DNA of 64,000 bases from an uncultured Desulfobacter sp. (GTDB lineage: Bacteria > Desulfobacterota > Desulfobacteria > Desulfobacterales > Desulfobacteraceae). The number at the start of each line of letters is the position of its first letter. The stretch's first letter is position 1. The DNA lies in assembly GCA_963665095.1 (NCBI GenBank), contig OY762069.1:6016001-6080000 (forward strand), written 5' to 3'. The notes under the pieces were generated by a model. It searched no databases. It had not been told where the DNA came from and saw only the letters and a list, made by a program, of their open reading frames with translations. Below are positions 30,826 to 41,680 of the stretch, piece by piece. A program made the position numbers and the translations under genes.

Positions 30826-32058
30826 ATGAATTTTCATATGGCCTGGCGCAATGTCTGGCGCAACCCCAAACGAACGGGCATTATCCTGATCGCCGTCATC
30901 ATCGGCGCCTGGTGCATGCTGGCCTTCTGCGCACTCTCCCGGGGAATGATGGCCTCCACTCTGGAAAGTGCGCTGAACACCCTGACCGGGCACATCCAGA
31001 TTCAGCACCCCCTTTTCCGGGAAGACCCGGCAGTGGAGAACCGGCTCAAAGATCCTGATACTGTGGCCGGCCTTCTGGACAGGACGCTTCCGGCAGGTGC
31101 GGTCTGGGCGTTTCGCATCCAGGCGGCAGGCGTGGCATCCAATGCCAGGGAATCCAAAGGAATCACCATTGTGGGCATTGACCCGGAAAAGGAGCCGGCC
31201 CTCTCCTTTTACGGCAGCCAGACCGCCCAGGGCCGCCTGCTGACACCCGGAGATGACAGAGGCATTGTGGTGGGGCAGGCCCTGCTTGACACCTTTGAGA
31301 CAAAAATCGGCCACAAGCTGGTACTGATGACCCAGGGCGCCGACCTTGACACGGCGTCAAAGGCCTTCAAAATCAGGGGCACCTTCAGGGCAGATATGGA
31401 GGCCACGGAAAAACAGTATGTGTTCATTACCCTGAAAGCTGCCCAAAAACTTCTGGGCATCGGCAAGGATGTCACTCTTGCCTGTGTCCGACTGTCCGAT
31501 GAGACCACGCTGGCCCCGGAAGTCCTTGACCGGACAGTAGCAGCCGTCGGCCAGGGGCTGTCCCGGGACCTGACCATTCTGACCTGGATGGATCTGCTCC
31601 CCCTGCTCCAAGGATACTTAAGCATGTTTGACCGGTTCATGCTGCTCTGGTACCTGGTGGTCTTTATTGCCATGGCATTCGGCCTGGTTAACACCATGCT
31701 CATGGCAGTGCTGGAGAGAACCCGGGAGTTCGGCCTGCTCAAGGCCCTGGGGCTGAAACCTGTGCGGATTGCCGGAAACGTCCTGCTTGAAAGCCTGATC
31801 CTGTTGATCACCGGTCTTTTAGCCGGCAATATTTTGGGGCTTGGGACCATTCAGCTGTTGTCCGGCGGAATAGACATGTCTTTTATGGCCCAGGGATCTG
31901 AGTTTTTTGGCATGGGACGCGTGGTGGTGCCCTTTTTTACGTCCATGGACCTTTTTTCTGTGAATGCCGTGATTGCCGGCTTAGGCATTTTTGTCTGCCT
32001 TTACCCAGCTGTTAAGGCGGCAGGGATTACCCCGATAGAAGCTATGAATTCCAATTAA
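30826..32058 (+). CDS. ABC permease (LolC/E, MacB-like)
   Basis: Same motifs as the upstream paralogue. Confidence 0.92.
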   Translation: MNFHMAWRNVWRNPKRTGIILIAVIIGAWCMLAFCALSRGMMASTLESALNTLTGHIQIQHPLFREDPAVENRLKDPDTVAGLLDRTLPAGAVWAFRIQAAGVASNARESKGITIVGIDPEKEPALSFYGSQTAQGRLLTPGDDRGIVVGQALLDTFETKIGHKLVLMTQGADLDTASKAFKIRGTFRADMEATEKQYVFITLKAAQKLLGIGKDVTLACVRLSDETTLAPEVLDRTVAAVGQGLSRDLTILTWMDLLPLLQGYLSMFDRFMLLWYLVVFIAMAFGLVNTMLMAVLERTREFGLLKALGLKPVRIAGNVLLESLILLITGLLAGNILGLGTIQLLSGGIDMSFMAQGSEFFGMGRVVVPFFTSMDLFSVNAVIAGLGIFVCLYPAVKAAGITPIEAMNSN

Positions 32059-32072
32059 AGAGAGAAAACGCT

Positions 32073-32756
32073 ATGAGTATGGTTGACGTTATTGAAGTCG
32101 GAAAAACATATAAACAGGGCAAGGTGCTGGTCCAGGCTCTGGACAGTGTCTCCCTTTCCATCTCAAAAGGGGAGTTCACAGCCCTGGCCGGGCCTTCGGG
32201 GTCTGGCAAGACCACGCTTCTCAACCTCATCGGCGGGCTGGACACCCCGTCCAGGGGAAAGATCATCCTGGATGATGAAGAGATTACCGGGGCTTCCCAG
32301 TCCCGTCTGGCCGACATCCGTCTCAATAAAATCGGGTTTGTTTTCCAGGCATATAACATCATTCCCGTTTTATCGGCCCGGGAAAACGTGGAGTATGTCA
32401 TGCTGATGCAGGGCGTTCCTGCCCGGCAGAGAAAGGAACGGGCCCGGGCCGTTCTGGATGATGTAGGTCTTGCCAACATGCACGACAGAAAGCCGTCCGA
32501 GCTGTCCGGAGGCCAGCAGCAGCGCGTGGCAGTTGCCCGGGCCATTGTATCCAATCCGTCCATCGTTCTTGCGGATGAGCCGACGGCCAACCTGGATTCA
32601 CAGACAGGCCAGGGGTTACTGGAAATGATGGCCCGGATGAATGAAGCGCGCAACGTCACCTTTATCTTCTCCACCCATGACCAGATGGTGATGGATTTCG
32701 CCAAACGGATCATTCAGCTTAAAGACGGCGTGGTCACCCATGACCGGGAAAAATAG
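32073..32756 (+). CDS. ABC ATPase (LolD-like)
   Basis: GPSGSGKT, LSGGQQQR, ADEPTANLD, STHD. Confidence 0.94.
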   Translation: MSMVDVIEVGKTYKQGKVLVQALDSVSLSISKGEFTALAGPSGSGKTTLLNLIGGLDTPSRGKIILDDEEITGASQSRLADIRLNKIGFVFQAYNIIPVLSARENVEYVMLMQGVPARQRKERARAVLDDVGLANMHDRKPSELSGGQQQRVAVARAIVSNPSIVLADEPTANLDSQTGQGLLEMMARMNEARNVTFIFSTHDQMVMDFAKRIIQLKDGVVTHDREK

Positions 32757-34077
32757 AGACGCGGGAAAATGCACCGGCACCATGCCGGTAACGGCCCTGG
32801 CCTGGGTCTGGCTTGCCTGCATCTGCCTGCTTGTTCCTGCTCCGCCGTCCCAGGGGACATGCCTGCCGGAAACCGAATGGGACGGCTATTTAAAACTCTA
32901 CACCCGGGTGCTGTTTCCTGCATCTGAAAGCCCTTACGAGGCTGTGGGCCTGACGCCCAATTTTGACGGGTATTCTGAAATCCGACTCAATAATAAAACC
33001 TTTTTCAGCGACACCGTTTATATGGAGGTCAATTACGAAGCCCTGGCCGGGGGCGGCAATACCCGCAAAGACGGAGAAAAGCTTAAAAAGCGTTATCCCG
33101 ATCTGTACCCCAACGGTCTGTTCAGCCCCATTGAGGATGATCTTCGTCTGTTTGACCTGAGTTCCACCCTGCATGATGGGACGAATACGCTTGTTTATCA
33201 CCGCCTGGACCGGGCCTTTTTCTCGGTCTCCCCGTCCTGGGGAGAGATCCGCCTGGGCCGCCAGGCCGTGACCTGGGGCCATGGCTTTACCTTCAACCCC
33301 ATGGATCTTTTCAACCCCTTTGCCCCCACAGACCTGGAACGGGAATATAAAACCGGGGACGATATGGCCCTGGTCCACTTTCCCGTCAATACCGTGGATG
33401 CGGACCTGATCTATGCGGCCCACCGGGACCCGGACACAGGCGACACGGGCTTTGATCAAAGCTCGCTGGGAATGAAACTGCACACCTGTTTCAGCGGGGT
33501 GGAAACCGATTTTATGGCGGCCCGGCACTATGAAGATATCATCACCGGGATCGGTACCTGCGGCAATCTGAAAGATGCGGCCTTCCGGCTGGATGTCACC
33601 GGCACCTTCCTGGATGAAGTCAGCCAGGGCCGCTCTTTTTACCTGTCGGCCGTGGCCAATCTGGATTACTCCTGGATCTGGCAGGGTAAAAACTGGTACG
33701 GATACGTGGAGATCTATTACAATGGACTATCCAGAAACGACTATGCAGAATCTCTCGCCTCTGCTGCAGTGTCAGACCGCCTGGACCGGGGAGAGCTCTT
33801 TGCTCTGGGAAGATGGTACGCCAGCGCCAACCTTAACCTGGAGGCCCACCCCCTGGTAAATATTTACATCACCCCCATCGTCAACCTGCACGACGGCTCC
33901 GGCATATTCCTGCCAAGGGCCGTATATGAGGCATCAGACAACATTCGCATCACGCTGACAGCCACCCTGAACTGGGGCGGCAAAGGCAGCGAGTACGGCG
34001 GCTATGCCATCACCGGCACCCCATATTATGCCGTGCCGGCCAACACCATTGCAGCCTGGCTTACCTGGTATTTTTAA
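32740..34077 (+). CDS. Probable outer-membrane beta-barrel protein
   Basis: RLDRA, RLGRQAVTWG, NPMDLFNP, C-terminal WYF. Confidence 0.75.
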   Translation: MTGKNRDAGKCTGTMPVTALAWVWLACICLLVPAPPSQGTCLPETEWDGYLKLYTRVLFPASESPYEAVGLTPNFDGYSEIRLNNKTFFSDTVYMEVNYEALAGGGNTRKDGEKLKKRYPDLYPNGLFSPIEDDLRLFDLSSTLHDGTNTLVYHRLDRAFFSVSPSWGEIRLGRQAVTWGHGFTFNPMDLFNPFAPTDLEREYKTGDDMALVHFPVNTVDADLIYAAHRDPDTGDTGFDQSSLGMKLHTCFSGVETDFMAARHYEDIITGIGTCGNLKDAAFRLDVTGTFLDEVSQGRSFYLSAVANLDYSWIWQGKNWYGYVEIYYNGLSRNDYAESLASAAVSDRLDRGELFALGRWYASANLNLEAHPLVNIYITPIVNLHDGSGIFLPRAVYEASDNIRITLTATLNWGGKGSEYGGYAITGTPYYAVPANTIAAWLTWYF

Positions 34078-34807
34078 AAATGCTCTCCTGAATCATTTTA
34101 TTGATGGTCCCGTTGAGCCTTAACTCAATGATCCTGTTATTCACTTCCGGAATATATTTGCGAAATTTGGATTTTTTTGAAAACCCGATAAAGAGCAGTT
34201 CTGAAGAGAGCGGCGTCGGCAGTATTTCAATCTTATCAAGGGCATCTGCTTTCCGGGCACCGACAATGCAGTCCTCCTTTGTATATATGCCATAATCAAT
34301 CTGCTGGGAAAGGGATAACATCCTGATCATATCCTTGAGCGCCGGCACCCTTTGAATGTTGAGTTTTTCTTTTGCAAAGGTATCAAACGCCTCACCCTGG
34401 CTGTCGCCTTTGATCATAATCCCCTTTTTTTCGATTAAATCCTCCCACGTTGAATAGGAAAAAGCTCTCCCCTTGGGCACAATCACCGCAGCCTGGACCT
34501 CATAATAGTGGGGCAGATAATCAATGAATTCCGTGCGCTCCTTTGTGTAAAAAAGTGTCAGTACCGCATCAATATCGCCGGTTTTCACCTCTTCAAGCGC
34601 ACGGACCCAAGGGATTATTTTTGTTTCCACCGGAACATTGAACTCCTGAAAGATCTTGGTGATCAGATCAACGGCCGGCCCGGCCAGATGATCACCCTCA
34701 GGCTGTGCATAGACAGACGGGGCTGCGGAAATTATCAGGCTGTCTCCTGCATGGGCAGGACTGCACAGCAGGAAAGAAAGCAAAAAGACTAATACTATTT
34801 TTTTCAT
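34061..34807 (-). CDS. Amino-acid-type periplasmic substrate-binding protein (family 3), orphan
   Basis: Signal peptide MKKIVLVF, PWVRA..VK.GDID, T.ER, FIGFSKKS. Confidence 0.85.
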   Translation of the reverse strand: MKKIVLVFLLSFLLCSPAHAGDSLIISAAPSVYAQPEGDHLAGPAVDLITKIFQEFNVPVETKIIPWVRALEEVKTGDIDAVLTLFYTKERTEFIDYLPHYYEVQAAVIVPKGRAFSYSTWEDLIEKKGIMIKGDSQGEAFDTFAKEKLNIQRVPALKDMIRMLSLSQQIDYGIYTKEDCIVGARKADALDKIEILPTPLSSELLFIGFSKKSKFRKYIPEVNNRIIELRLNGTINKMIQESIFKNTR

Positions 34808-35083
34808 AACACTCATTTCCATTTGCTGGATTCCAGCATCATCAGCCGATTCAGGGACTCGGTAGGATAGCCGGAACAGACCGGGTTTTTGGGAGTAACG
34901 CCTTGCACTCCTGCATAACATCATCCGTCAATCGCCAAACTGTTGAGATAAGGAACATGAAGTGAACTAGGTGATTAAATAATTAATCCCACAGCAGATA
35001 AGGAGGTGTCAAGCTTTCATTTATTCAACTTTATCAGGTATTAAATGTACCTTTCAGCAGAAAGGCTCTGCCACATCATGTTG

Positions 35084-35237
35084 GTGCGCCACGAGAGCGC
35101 AGGATACCAGCGGATGGAAGTTCCGCCCGGGAAATTATCAGTTCATCCCGGTAGCGACCCCGACAGTGGGATAGTCAGACCTCCCTGCTGAAGCTCTGGG
35201 GACAGATGTAAGCCTATAGGGCTGCAGCAACCTGGCA
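35084..35237 (+). mobile_element. Group II intron 5' remnant, second shorter copy
   Basis: Near-identical to 334-486 with a few substitutions and a 1-nt indel; starts GTGCG after CATGTTG. Confidence 0.8.
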
Positions 35238-35703
35238 AGATATATCATTCGAGCCTGTTGAGCGCTGAAGCTTCACTGCGTGCCTCCCAGGAAAGACTGG
35301 TCTATATTCCGAACGTTTTAAGGCCTTTTAAAACTGAGCCTGTGACGGTTATTTCTTTCAGGGATAACATATACAAAATTTTTTATATCACGGACCTCTT
35401 TCTGGTTTTCTAAAAAAATTGGATGCCATATGGCATTCATTGTTGTTATTGAAAGTTACCATCAGATACCATGTCGTAATGATTCCCGATGCACTTGTAA
35501 TATGCGCTTGCTTTAGGGGTACGCGGCTGATAAACATCATGATTACGTGCTGTCACTTAAGGCATAAAGACAGCTGCAAACCTGTTTTGCATACCGGCAG
35601 ATGACAGGTTTAAAAATCGCACTGGCGATGGATATTCCAAAAAAAACCGTATTGTTGCGGGTAATTACATCATGTTCACCCACATGCAGACTCAAACCAG
35701 AAT

Positions 35704-36375
35704 ATGAAAGGTAGAAATGACATGACCACTGACAATCCCTATGCAGATAAAGAAAAAGACTATGAGACTGCCATTGCCATGGATAAAATTGCCAAAGGTA
35801 TATTTGCCCCGGTTTACCCGCTTTTGGCTGAACAGATCGTTGAGGCCCACGGTATTACCCGGGGCATCTGTGTTGAAATCGGTACAGGTCCCGGTCCTTT
35901 GGCCATTGCCCTGGCCAAAATCACGGATCTGGAAATATATGCCCTGGATCAGTCCGAGCATGTGGTGGGATTTGCCAAGGATAACGCGGCAGAGCAGGGG
36001 GTGGCGGACCAGATCAATTTTATCAGGGAAGATGTGGTTTCCATGCCGTTTGAGGATGACTATGCTGATCTGATCGTCTCCCGGGGGTCTCTTTTTTTCT
36101 GGCAGGATTTAACTGCGGCATTCAATGAGATTTTCCGGATTCTTAAACCCGGTGGGAAAACCCATATCGGCGGTGGATTCGGCAATAAAGAGGTTAAAAA
36201 TAAGATCTTTGAGGCCATGGCAAAAAAGGATGGCAATTTTGCCAAGAAAGTCGGCGGTCGGATGGGGCCTGAAAATCTGGCCCGGTTCAAAGCGGCGCTG
36301 GGTGACTCCCTGGTGGATAAATACGAGATCAGTCAAACGGATGCAGGGTTGTGGATTTACATTTCAAAATCATAA
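35704..36375 (+). CDS. Class I SAM-dependent methyltransferase
   Basis: EIGTGPG, ADLIVSRGS, RILKPGG. Confidence 0.92.
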   Translation: MKGRNDMTTDNPYADKEKDYETAIAMDKIAKGIFAPVYPLLAEQIVEAHGITRGICVEIGTGPGPLAIALAKITDLEIYALDQSEHVVGFAKDNAAEQGVADQINFIREDVVSMPFEDDYADLIVSRGSLFFWQDLTAAFNEIFRILKPGGKTHIGGGFGNKEVKNKIFEAMAKKDGNFAKKVGGRMGPENLARFKAALGDSLVDKYEISQTDAGLWIYISKS

Positions 36376-36392
36376 GCAGGAGTACTGAAAAA

Positions 36393-37490
36393 ATGAATTT
36401 TACTGGCCTTTGCCGTGTGCTTTTTACTTTGTGTATGCTGCTTGTTGTCCTGGTCTTGCCCGTCCAGGGCCAGGAAAAGACCCGGACCATCATCGACAAT
36501 GCCGGGCGAAGCGTAACCGTTCCCGAACAGGTCAAACGCATTGCCTGTCTTCCCGGGCCCAGCTATGAAATGGTGTTCATGCTGGGGGGAAAAGACCAGA
36601 TCTGTCAGGTGAGAAAAGACCATAAAACAGCCTATCCCCTGGCAAACCTGACCAATCCGGACCTTGCCGGTTACTCCTCCTCCCTGTCCAACATCAATCC
36701 TAAAGCCCGGATCAATATTGAGGAGTTTCTGCGGATCGCCCCGGATGTGGTGATTTATTACAATGTGCCCCATGCCCTTGCAAAATTTAAGGAGGCTGAA
36801 ATTCCGGTGTTTGTGTATCAGCCGGCCAGCCAGTCCCAGGATCTTGATGCCATTGTGGGCGAGGAGAAACGGTCCATGAAGTCTCTGGCCTCCCTTATTG
36901 GCGGCAAGGCGCCTGAAAAAGCGGATAAATGGTGCGGCTATTATGATAAGGTCCGCGGACTTCTTAAGGAGCGCACAAAGGATATTCCTGTTGCAGACCG
37001 CCCCCGGGTGTATATCGGCAACTCCTGGGGCACCAACCCTCTGGCCACCTGGAGCAAGGCATCTCTGACCTTTGCCGCAGATCTGTGCGGCGCAGTTAAT
37101 GTGACCCGCAAGATCAAGGGGGCGCGCTTTCCTGAGATCAACCTGGAACAGCTGATTGCATGGAACCCGGATGTGATCATCATGGACAACCATGGCCGGG
37201 AGCCTGACAGGCTGATCCGCGATATTTATAAGGATAAGAGCTGGCAGTCCATAACAGCTGTAAAAAATAAAAGGGTGTACCGCATTCCCTCCGGGGTTTT
37301 TTTCCTGGATAAAGGGACATCCAGGCCGGTGTATCTGCTGTGGCTGGCCAAACAGCTTCATCCGGATAGATTTAACGACATAGATATGGTTAAGGAGATG
37401 CAGGCCTATTTTAAGACTTTTTACGACTTTGACCTGTCACCGGAGCAGGCCCGTCACGCTCTGCGGGGCTGGGATCTGCTGAAAGGCTGA
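36393..37490 (+). CDS. ABC substrate-binding protein (BtuF/FecB type)
   Basis: DNAGRSVTVP, NIEE...PDVV, EQLIAWNPDVI, AVKNKRVY. Confidence 0.9.
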   Translation: MNFTGLCRVLFTLCMLLVVLVLPVQGQEKTRTIIDNAGRSVTVPEQVKRIACLPGPSYEMVFMLGGKDQICQVRKDHKTAYPLANLTNPDLAGYSSSLSNINPKARINIEEFLRIAPDVVIYYNVPHALAKFKEAEIPVFVYQPASQSQDLDAIVGEEKRSMKSLASLIGGKAPEKADKWCGYYDKVRGLLKERTKDIPVADRPRVYIGNSWGTNPLATWSKASLTFAADLCGAVNVTRKIKGARFPEINLEQLIAWNPDVIIMDNHGREPDRLIRDIYKDKSWQSITAVKNKRVYRIPSGVFFLDKGTSRPVYLLWLAKQLHPDRFNDIDMVKEMQAYFKTFYDFDLSPEQARHALRGWDLLKG

Positions 37491-37497
37491 GAACATT

Positions 37498-38505
37498 TTG
37501 ATCAAACAGCGTTATCTTGTCATGGCAGGACTGCCCCTGGCGGTATTTTTTGTCTCCCTGTTTCTGGGCCGGCTGTTCATTGATCCTGTCGTCTTACTCA
37601 AGGTTCTGGGGGCCAAGCTGCTGTGTCTGCCCATTGAAAAAACCTGGACCGATGCCGTGGAGATCGTGGTGATCCGCATCCGTCTGCCAAGGGCGCTCAT
37701 GGCCATGATGGTGGGGTCCGGCCTGTCGATTTCAGGCGCCGCCTTCCAGGGCATGTTTAACAATCCTCTGGTAAGCCCCTATCTTTTGGGCGTGTCGTCA
37801 GGTGCAGGCTTTGGTGCGGCTTTGGGTATTCTCATAGGCGAAAGTGCGGGCTTAATCCAGGTCTCTTCCTTTCTGTTCGGGACCCTGGCCGTGATGCTCA
37901 CCTATCTTATCTCCAGGGTGTATAAAACCACTCCGCTGCTCATGCTGGTGCTTTCCGGGGTCATTGTCTCCTCTTTATTCATGTCTTTGATCTCCCTGGT
38001 GAAGTTTGTTGCCGACCCGGATGAAAAGCTTCCGGCCATTATTTTCTGGATCATGGGCAGCTTTGCGTCCACCCGGCTGGAGGATCTTTTGATTACCTTT
38101 GTTCCCATCTGTGCCGGCACCGTGGGGTTGCTGCTGGTCAGATGGCGTATTAATCTGATGTCCATGGGGGACAAGGAGGCCCGGGCCATGGGGACCCGGG
38201 TGGAGCTGCTCAAGGGACTTATTATTGTCTGCACCACTTTGATTTCCGCTGCGGCCGTGTCCGTGTGCGGGATCATCGGATGGGTGGGGCTGGTGATTCC
38301 CCACATCTGCCGGATGTGGGTGGGGCCGGACCACCGGGCGCTTTTGCCGGCCACCATCATGGTGGGGGCCTCCTATCTGCTGATCATTGATAATGTGGCA
38401 AGGACGCTGACGGCCAGTGAGATTCCCTTAGGTATTTTAACCTCAATCATCGGGGCGCCGTTTTTTGCGTACCTGTTAAGGCGCAGCAAAGGGTCTCTTT
38501 TTTAA
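37498..38505 (+). CDS. ABC permease (FecCD/BtuC type)
   Basis: RLPR, NPLVSP..LGVSSGA, GWVGLVIPH. Confidence 0.93.
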   Translation: MIKQRYLVMAGLPLAVFFVSLFLGRLFIDPVVLLKVLGAKLLCLPIEKTWTDAVEIVVIRIRLPRALMAMMVGSGLSISGAAFQGMFNNPLVSPYLLGVSSGAGFGAALGILIGESAGLIQVSSFLFGTLAVMLTYLISRVYKTTPLLMLVLSGVIVSSLFMSLISLVKFVADPDEKLPAIIFWIMGSFASTRLEDLLITFVPICAGTVGLLLVRWRINLMSMGDKEARAMGTRVELLKGLIIVCTTLISAAAVSVCGIIGWVGLVIPHICRMWVGPDHRALLPATIMVGASYLLIIDNVARTLTASEIPLGILTSIIGAPFFAYLLRRSKGSLF

Positions 38506-38508
38506 CTT

Positions 38509-39324
38509 ATGGAAACCATCATCGACATATCTGATGCCGCCTTTGCCTACAATGGACAACCGGTGTGGCAGAATCTGAACCTGAGCGTCAGAAAAGGGGA
38601 GCTTTTATGCCTTTTAGGGGCCAACGGCTGCGGTAAGACCACACTGCTCAACTGCATCCACGGCGACTTAAGGCTTGAAAAGGGGTGTATCCGGATAAAA
38701 GGCGAACCCATTGAGCGGATGCCTGGGATTTCCATTGCCCGGCAGATCGGCATGGTGTTCCAGGAACATACCACCTCTTTTCCTTATTCCGTGCTGGATG
38801 TGGTTCTCATGGGAAGGGGGCCGCATTTGTCTATGTTTGAGACCCCGTCCAAAAAGGACCGGGACATTGCTTTGACCTCTCTTAAGGATATGGGGATACT
38901 CGGGCTTAAGGATAAAAAGTTCACCCAGATCAGCGGCGGTGAAAAACAGCTGGTACTCATTGCCCGGACCCTGGCCCAGCAGCCCGAAGTGATTCTCATG
39001 GACGAGCCCACCTCCTCCCTGGACTTTAAAAACCAGGCCCTGGTGTTGTCCATCATCAGAAATTTGACCCGGATTGGGCTCACCATCATCATGACCTCCC
39101 ATTTCCCCAACCATGCGCTGTTATGCGCCGACCGGGTGGCGTTGATGAACAGGGGCTCCCTTGTGGGAATCGGGGAGACCCACAGCATCATGACCGAAGA
39201 AAATCTTGAAAAGACCTATGAGATCGGGGTGAAAATTTTAACCGTGGATGACCCGGAAGGGCGCGGTATGGTAAGGTTTTGCATGCCCTGTGTAGCGGAA
39301 GAATCCAAAGGACCTGACATATGA
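38509..39324 (+). CDS. ABC ATPase (FecE/BtuD type)
   Basis: GANGCGKT, ISGGEKQ, DEPTSSLD. Confidence 0.93.
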   Translation: METIIDISDAAFAYNGQPVWQNLNLSVRKGELLCLLGANGCGKTTLLNCIHGDLRLEKGCIRIKGEPIERMPGISIARQIGMVFQEHTTSFPYSVLDVVLMGRGPHLSMFETPSKKDRDIALTSLKDMGILGLKDKKFTQISGGEKQLVLIARTLAQQPEVILMDEPTSSLDFKNQALVLSIIRNLTRIGLTIIMTSHFPNHALLCADRVALMNRGSLVGIGETHSIMTEENLEKTYEIGVKILTVDDPEGRGMVRFCMPCVAEESKGPDI

Positions 39325-41069
39325 AATGTGACATTTGTGAAATCGGATGCCGGATTGAAGAGGGCGGTTCTGGCCGCTGTAAGATGTATACCTGCGAAAA
39401 CAATCAGATTGTCGAGTCTTTTCCAGGTCAGTTTTCCACCCTGTTTCCCATCTCCATTGAGACCGTACCCACCCTGCATTTTTATCCAAATCATAAATTT
39501 TTGCAGGTCTCGTCCATTGGCTGCAGCTTTACCTGCCCCGGCTGTATTTCTGAGATTCTGGTCACCGGCACCCAAACCCTTTCGGCAACGCTGAAAACCG
39601 TACCTGCCGAAAAGGTGATTGCAAAAGCCCTGAATGAAGGCTGTATCGGTATTGTTTTCTGCTTGAACGATCCAACGGTTTCCTTTTTTACGTTTTTAAA
39701 TCTGGCAAAAAAAGCCTGTGAAAAAGGGCTGAAAGTCGGGTTTTCAAGTAACGGCTATATGACCCTTAAGGCCCTGGATCAGCTCATGCCCTATATTGAT
39801 TTTGCCAATATCGGCCTCAAGGGGTATTCCGACAGGGCGTACAGGGCCTGTGGCGCACCTTCATCCAAACCTGTGTTCCGGAACATCCAATATCTTTTTG
39901 AAAACAAGATCCATGTGGAGGTGGCAGCCATCCATATGAAAGGATATGAGGATGAAATCCGGCAGGTGGCAGACTTTACCGCATCCCTATCCAGGGATCT
40001 TCCGCTCCAGGTCATGCGGTTTGTTCCCTTTGGGGAAGCTGACATCGACCGGGAGCCCACCATCCGGGAATCCGAAGCCCTTTGCAGTGAACTTGGAAAG
40101 GATCTGAACTATGTTTACCTTTTCAATTCCCCCGGGGCGGACAAACTTGACACCATCTGCCCGGATTGCGGGGCCACCCTGATTTCCCGGGAGTTTTACG
40201 GACCCATGGGGGCAAGAAATACCAGTGCCCTGGAGGAGATCCTGTCGGATACCCAATGCCGGTGCGGGACCCGGCCTGCCATTGTGGGCACCTATGGGAA
40301 GAAACGGTATGACGAACACGGGTTTTTCGGCGGATACCGCACCACCCGGGCCTTTGAAATGCTGCATGCTGTCATGGTCAGCATCGGGGCGGATGATCCT
40401 GTAAAGGTCTCATCTCTCTGGCTCGATCTTGTCCGGACCAATTATCTCAAGGAGTTCCACGAAACGGTCCAGCTGCCCGAAGCGTATGGCGGCATCATAG
40501 ACCGGCTGGCCCAAAAGACAGGAAAAACAGAGAACGGCAACCGGCTGAAAAACTATATCAATGAACGGCTTGAATTCATCTCCTCCCGGACCCGGGATGT
40601 TGAACGGCCAAAGGTCTACTATGCCATGGGGTATCCGCTGTTTGCGCTCAATGCCGAGCGTTTTGAGACCAACCTGGTCCAGGCCGCAGGCGGACTGAGC
40701 CTGAACAAGACTCTGATCCGCAAAGGCAAACCCGGCATCACCATCACAAAAGAGGAGTTCATGGAACTGGACCCGGAAGTTATTTTTATCTCCGGGTTTT
40801 TATCGTGTCCTGCATCGGACTTCTATGATTACTGCATCAGCCATGACCTCGATGTTCCTGCCGTCCGGAACAACCGGATTTACGACCATTTTCCTTTGTG
40901 GGATTTCGGAAGTCCCAGATGGATACTGGGATTGATGTATATTGCCAATACCCTGCATCCGGAGCTCTTTGATTTTGACATGGAACAGGAGGCGGATGCC
41001 TTTTATCAAACCTTTTTTAACACCCCCTTTGAGGCGAAAAAGGCCAACCGCTCCTTTTACAGAGTGTAG
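39321..41069 (+). CDS. Radical SAM protein fused to a BtuF-like binding domain
   Basis: N-terminal CDIC..GC...C, CxxxCxxC (CSFTCPGC), CPDCG; C-terminal DPEVIF...AVRNNRIY...ANTLHPELF. Confidence 0.88.
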   Translation: MKCDICEIGCRIEEGGSGRCKMYTCENNQIVESFPGQFSTLFPISIETVPTLHFYPNHKFLQVSSIGCSFTCPGCISEILVTGTQTLSATLKTVPAEKVIAKALNEGCIGIVFCLNDPTVSFFTFLNLAKKACEKGLKVGFSSNGYMTLKALDQLMPYIDFANIGLKGYSDRAYRACGAPSSKPVFRNIQYLFENKIHVEVAAIHMKGYEDEIRQVADFTASLSRDLPLQVMRFVPFGEADIDREPTIRESEALCSELGKDLNYVYLFNSPGADKLDTICPDCGATLISREFYGPMGARNTSALEEILSDTQCRCGTRPAIVGTYGKKRYDEHGFFGGYRTTRAFEMLHAVMVSIGADDPVKVSSLWLDLVRTNYLKEFHETVQLPEAYGGIIDRLAQKTGKTENGNRLKNYINERLEFISSRTRDVERPKVYYAMGYPLFALNAERFETNLVQAAGGLSLNKTLIRKGKPGITITKEEFMELDPEVIFISGFLSCPASDFYDYCISHDLDVPAVRNNRIYDHFPLWDFGSPRWILGLMYIANTLHPELFDFDMEQEADAFYQTFFNTPFEAKKANRSFYRV

Positions 41070-41114
41070 ATCAAACTATCGTTTGTGGAGCCGGCCGACG
41101 CTTTGACCGGGGGC

Positions 41115-41600
41115 TTATTTGCCTGCGGCAGATTTTCCTTTTTGTTCATCCACCGTGGATAAAATAATGCCGCCGACAATGATATTGGATATCTGGATGG
41201 TGGTTTTTCCTCCCAGCTTGTCGTCAAAAATCCCCATGATCAGCGCCCCTGTGCCGACTGCCACATTAAGAACAATGCCGAATATCATGATCTCTTTAAC
41301 CGTAAACCCAAAAGTGCCTGCCGCATAGATGCCGCCAAAGGCGAAAATTGTGACAAGCCCGTCATTATAAATCATTCTGGCCACAAGCAGCTTGACGATT
41401 TCCCGGTAAGACTGAATGTCTTTAAACGTTGTGCCAAGATCTGCAAACGCGTCTCGTACAATGGTGATCTTCTCTATGGAGTTGGTTCTATCTTTGGACC
41501 TGGATTTCACAAACAGAAATAACGGGATGGAAAAAAGGCTGTACCAAAGCGCCACTAAAAGGCAGGTGGCCCGGATATTTGCCCCGGTTTCCTATCCTTC
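41115..41600 (-). pseudogene. MFS (UMF1/ATG22-like) fragment with internal deletion
   Basis: A.WY.LFSIP, ARMIYNDGL.TIFAFGGIYA, DDKLGGK, then an abrupt jump to the terminal helix; N-terminal half absent. Confidence 0.75.
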
Positions 41601-41680
41601 ACCGGCGCGGCCATGTCCTTGTAAAGGGCAAGACAGCGCCGGTGCTGATTTACGGGGTTTCCGCCGGACCCGGCCGCTTT

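Noticed and set aside
35400..35700. Possible cobalamin or Moco riboswitch upstream of the ABC operon
   Set aside because: Conserved riboswitch segments were not found by eye; an Rfam scan is needed.
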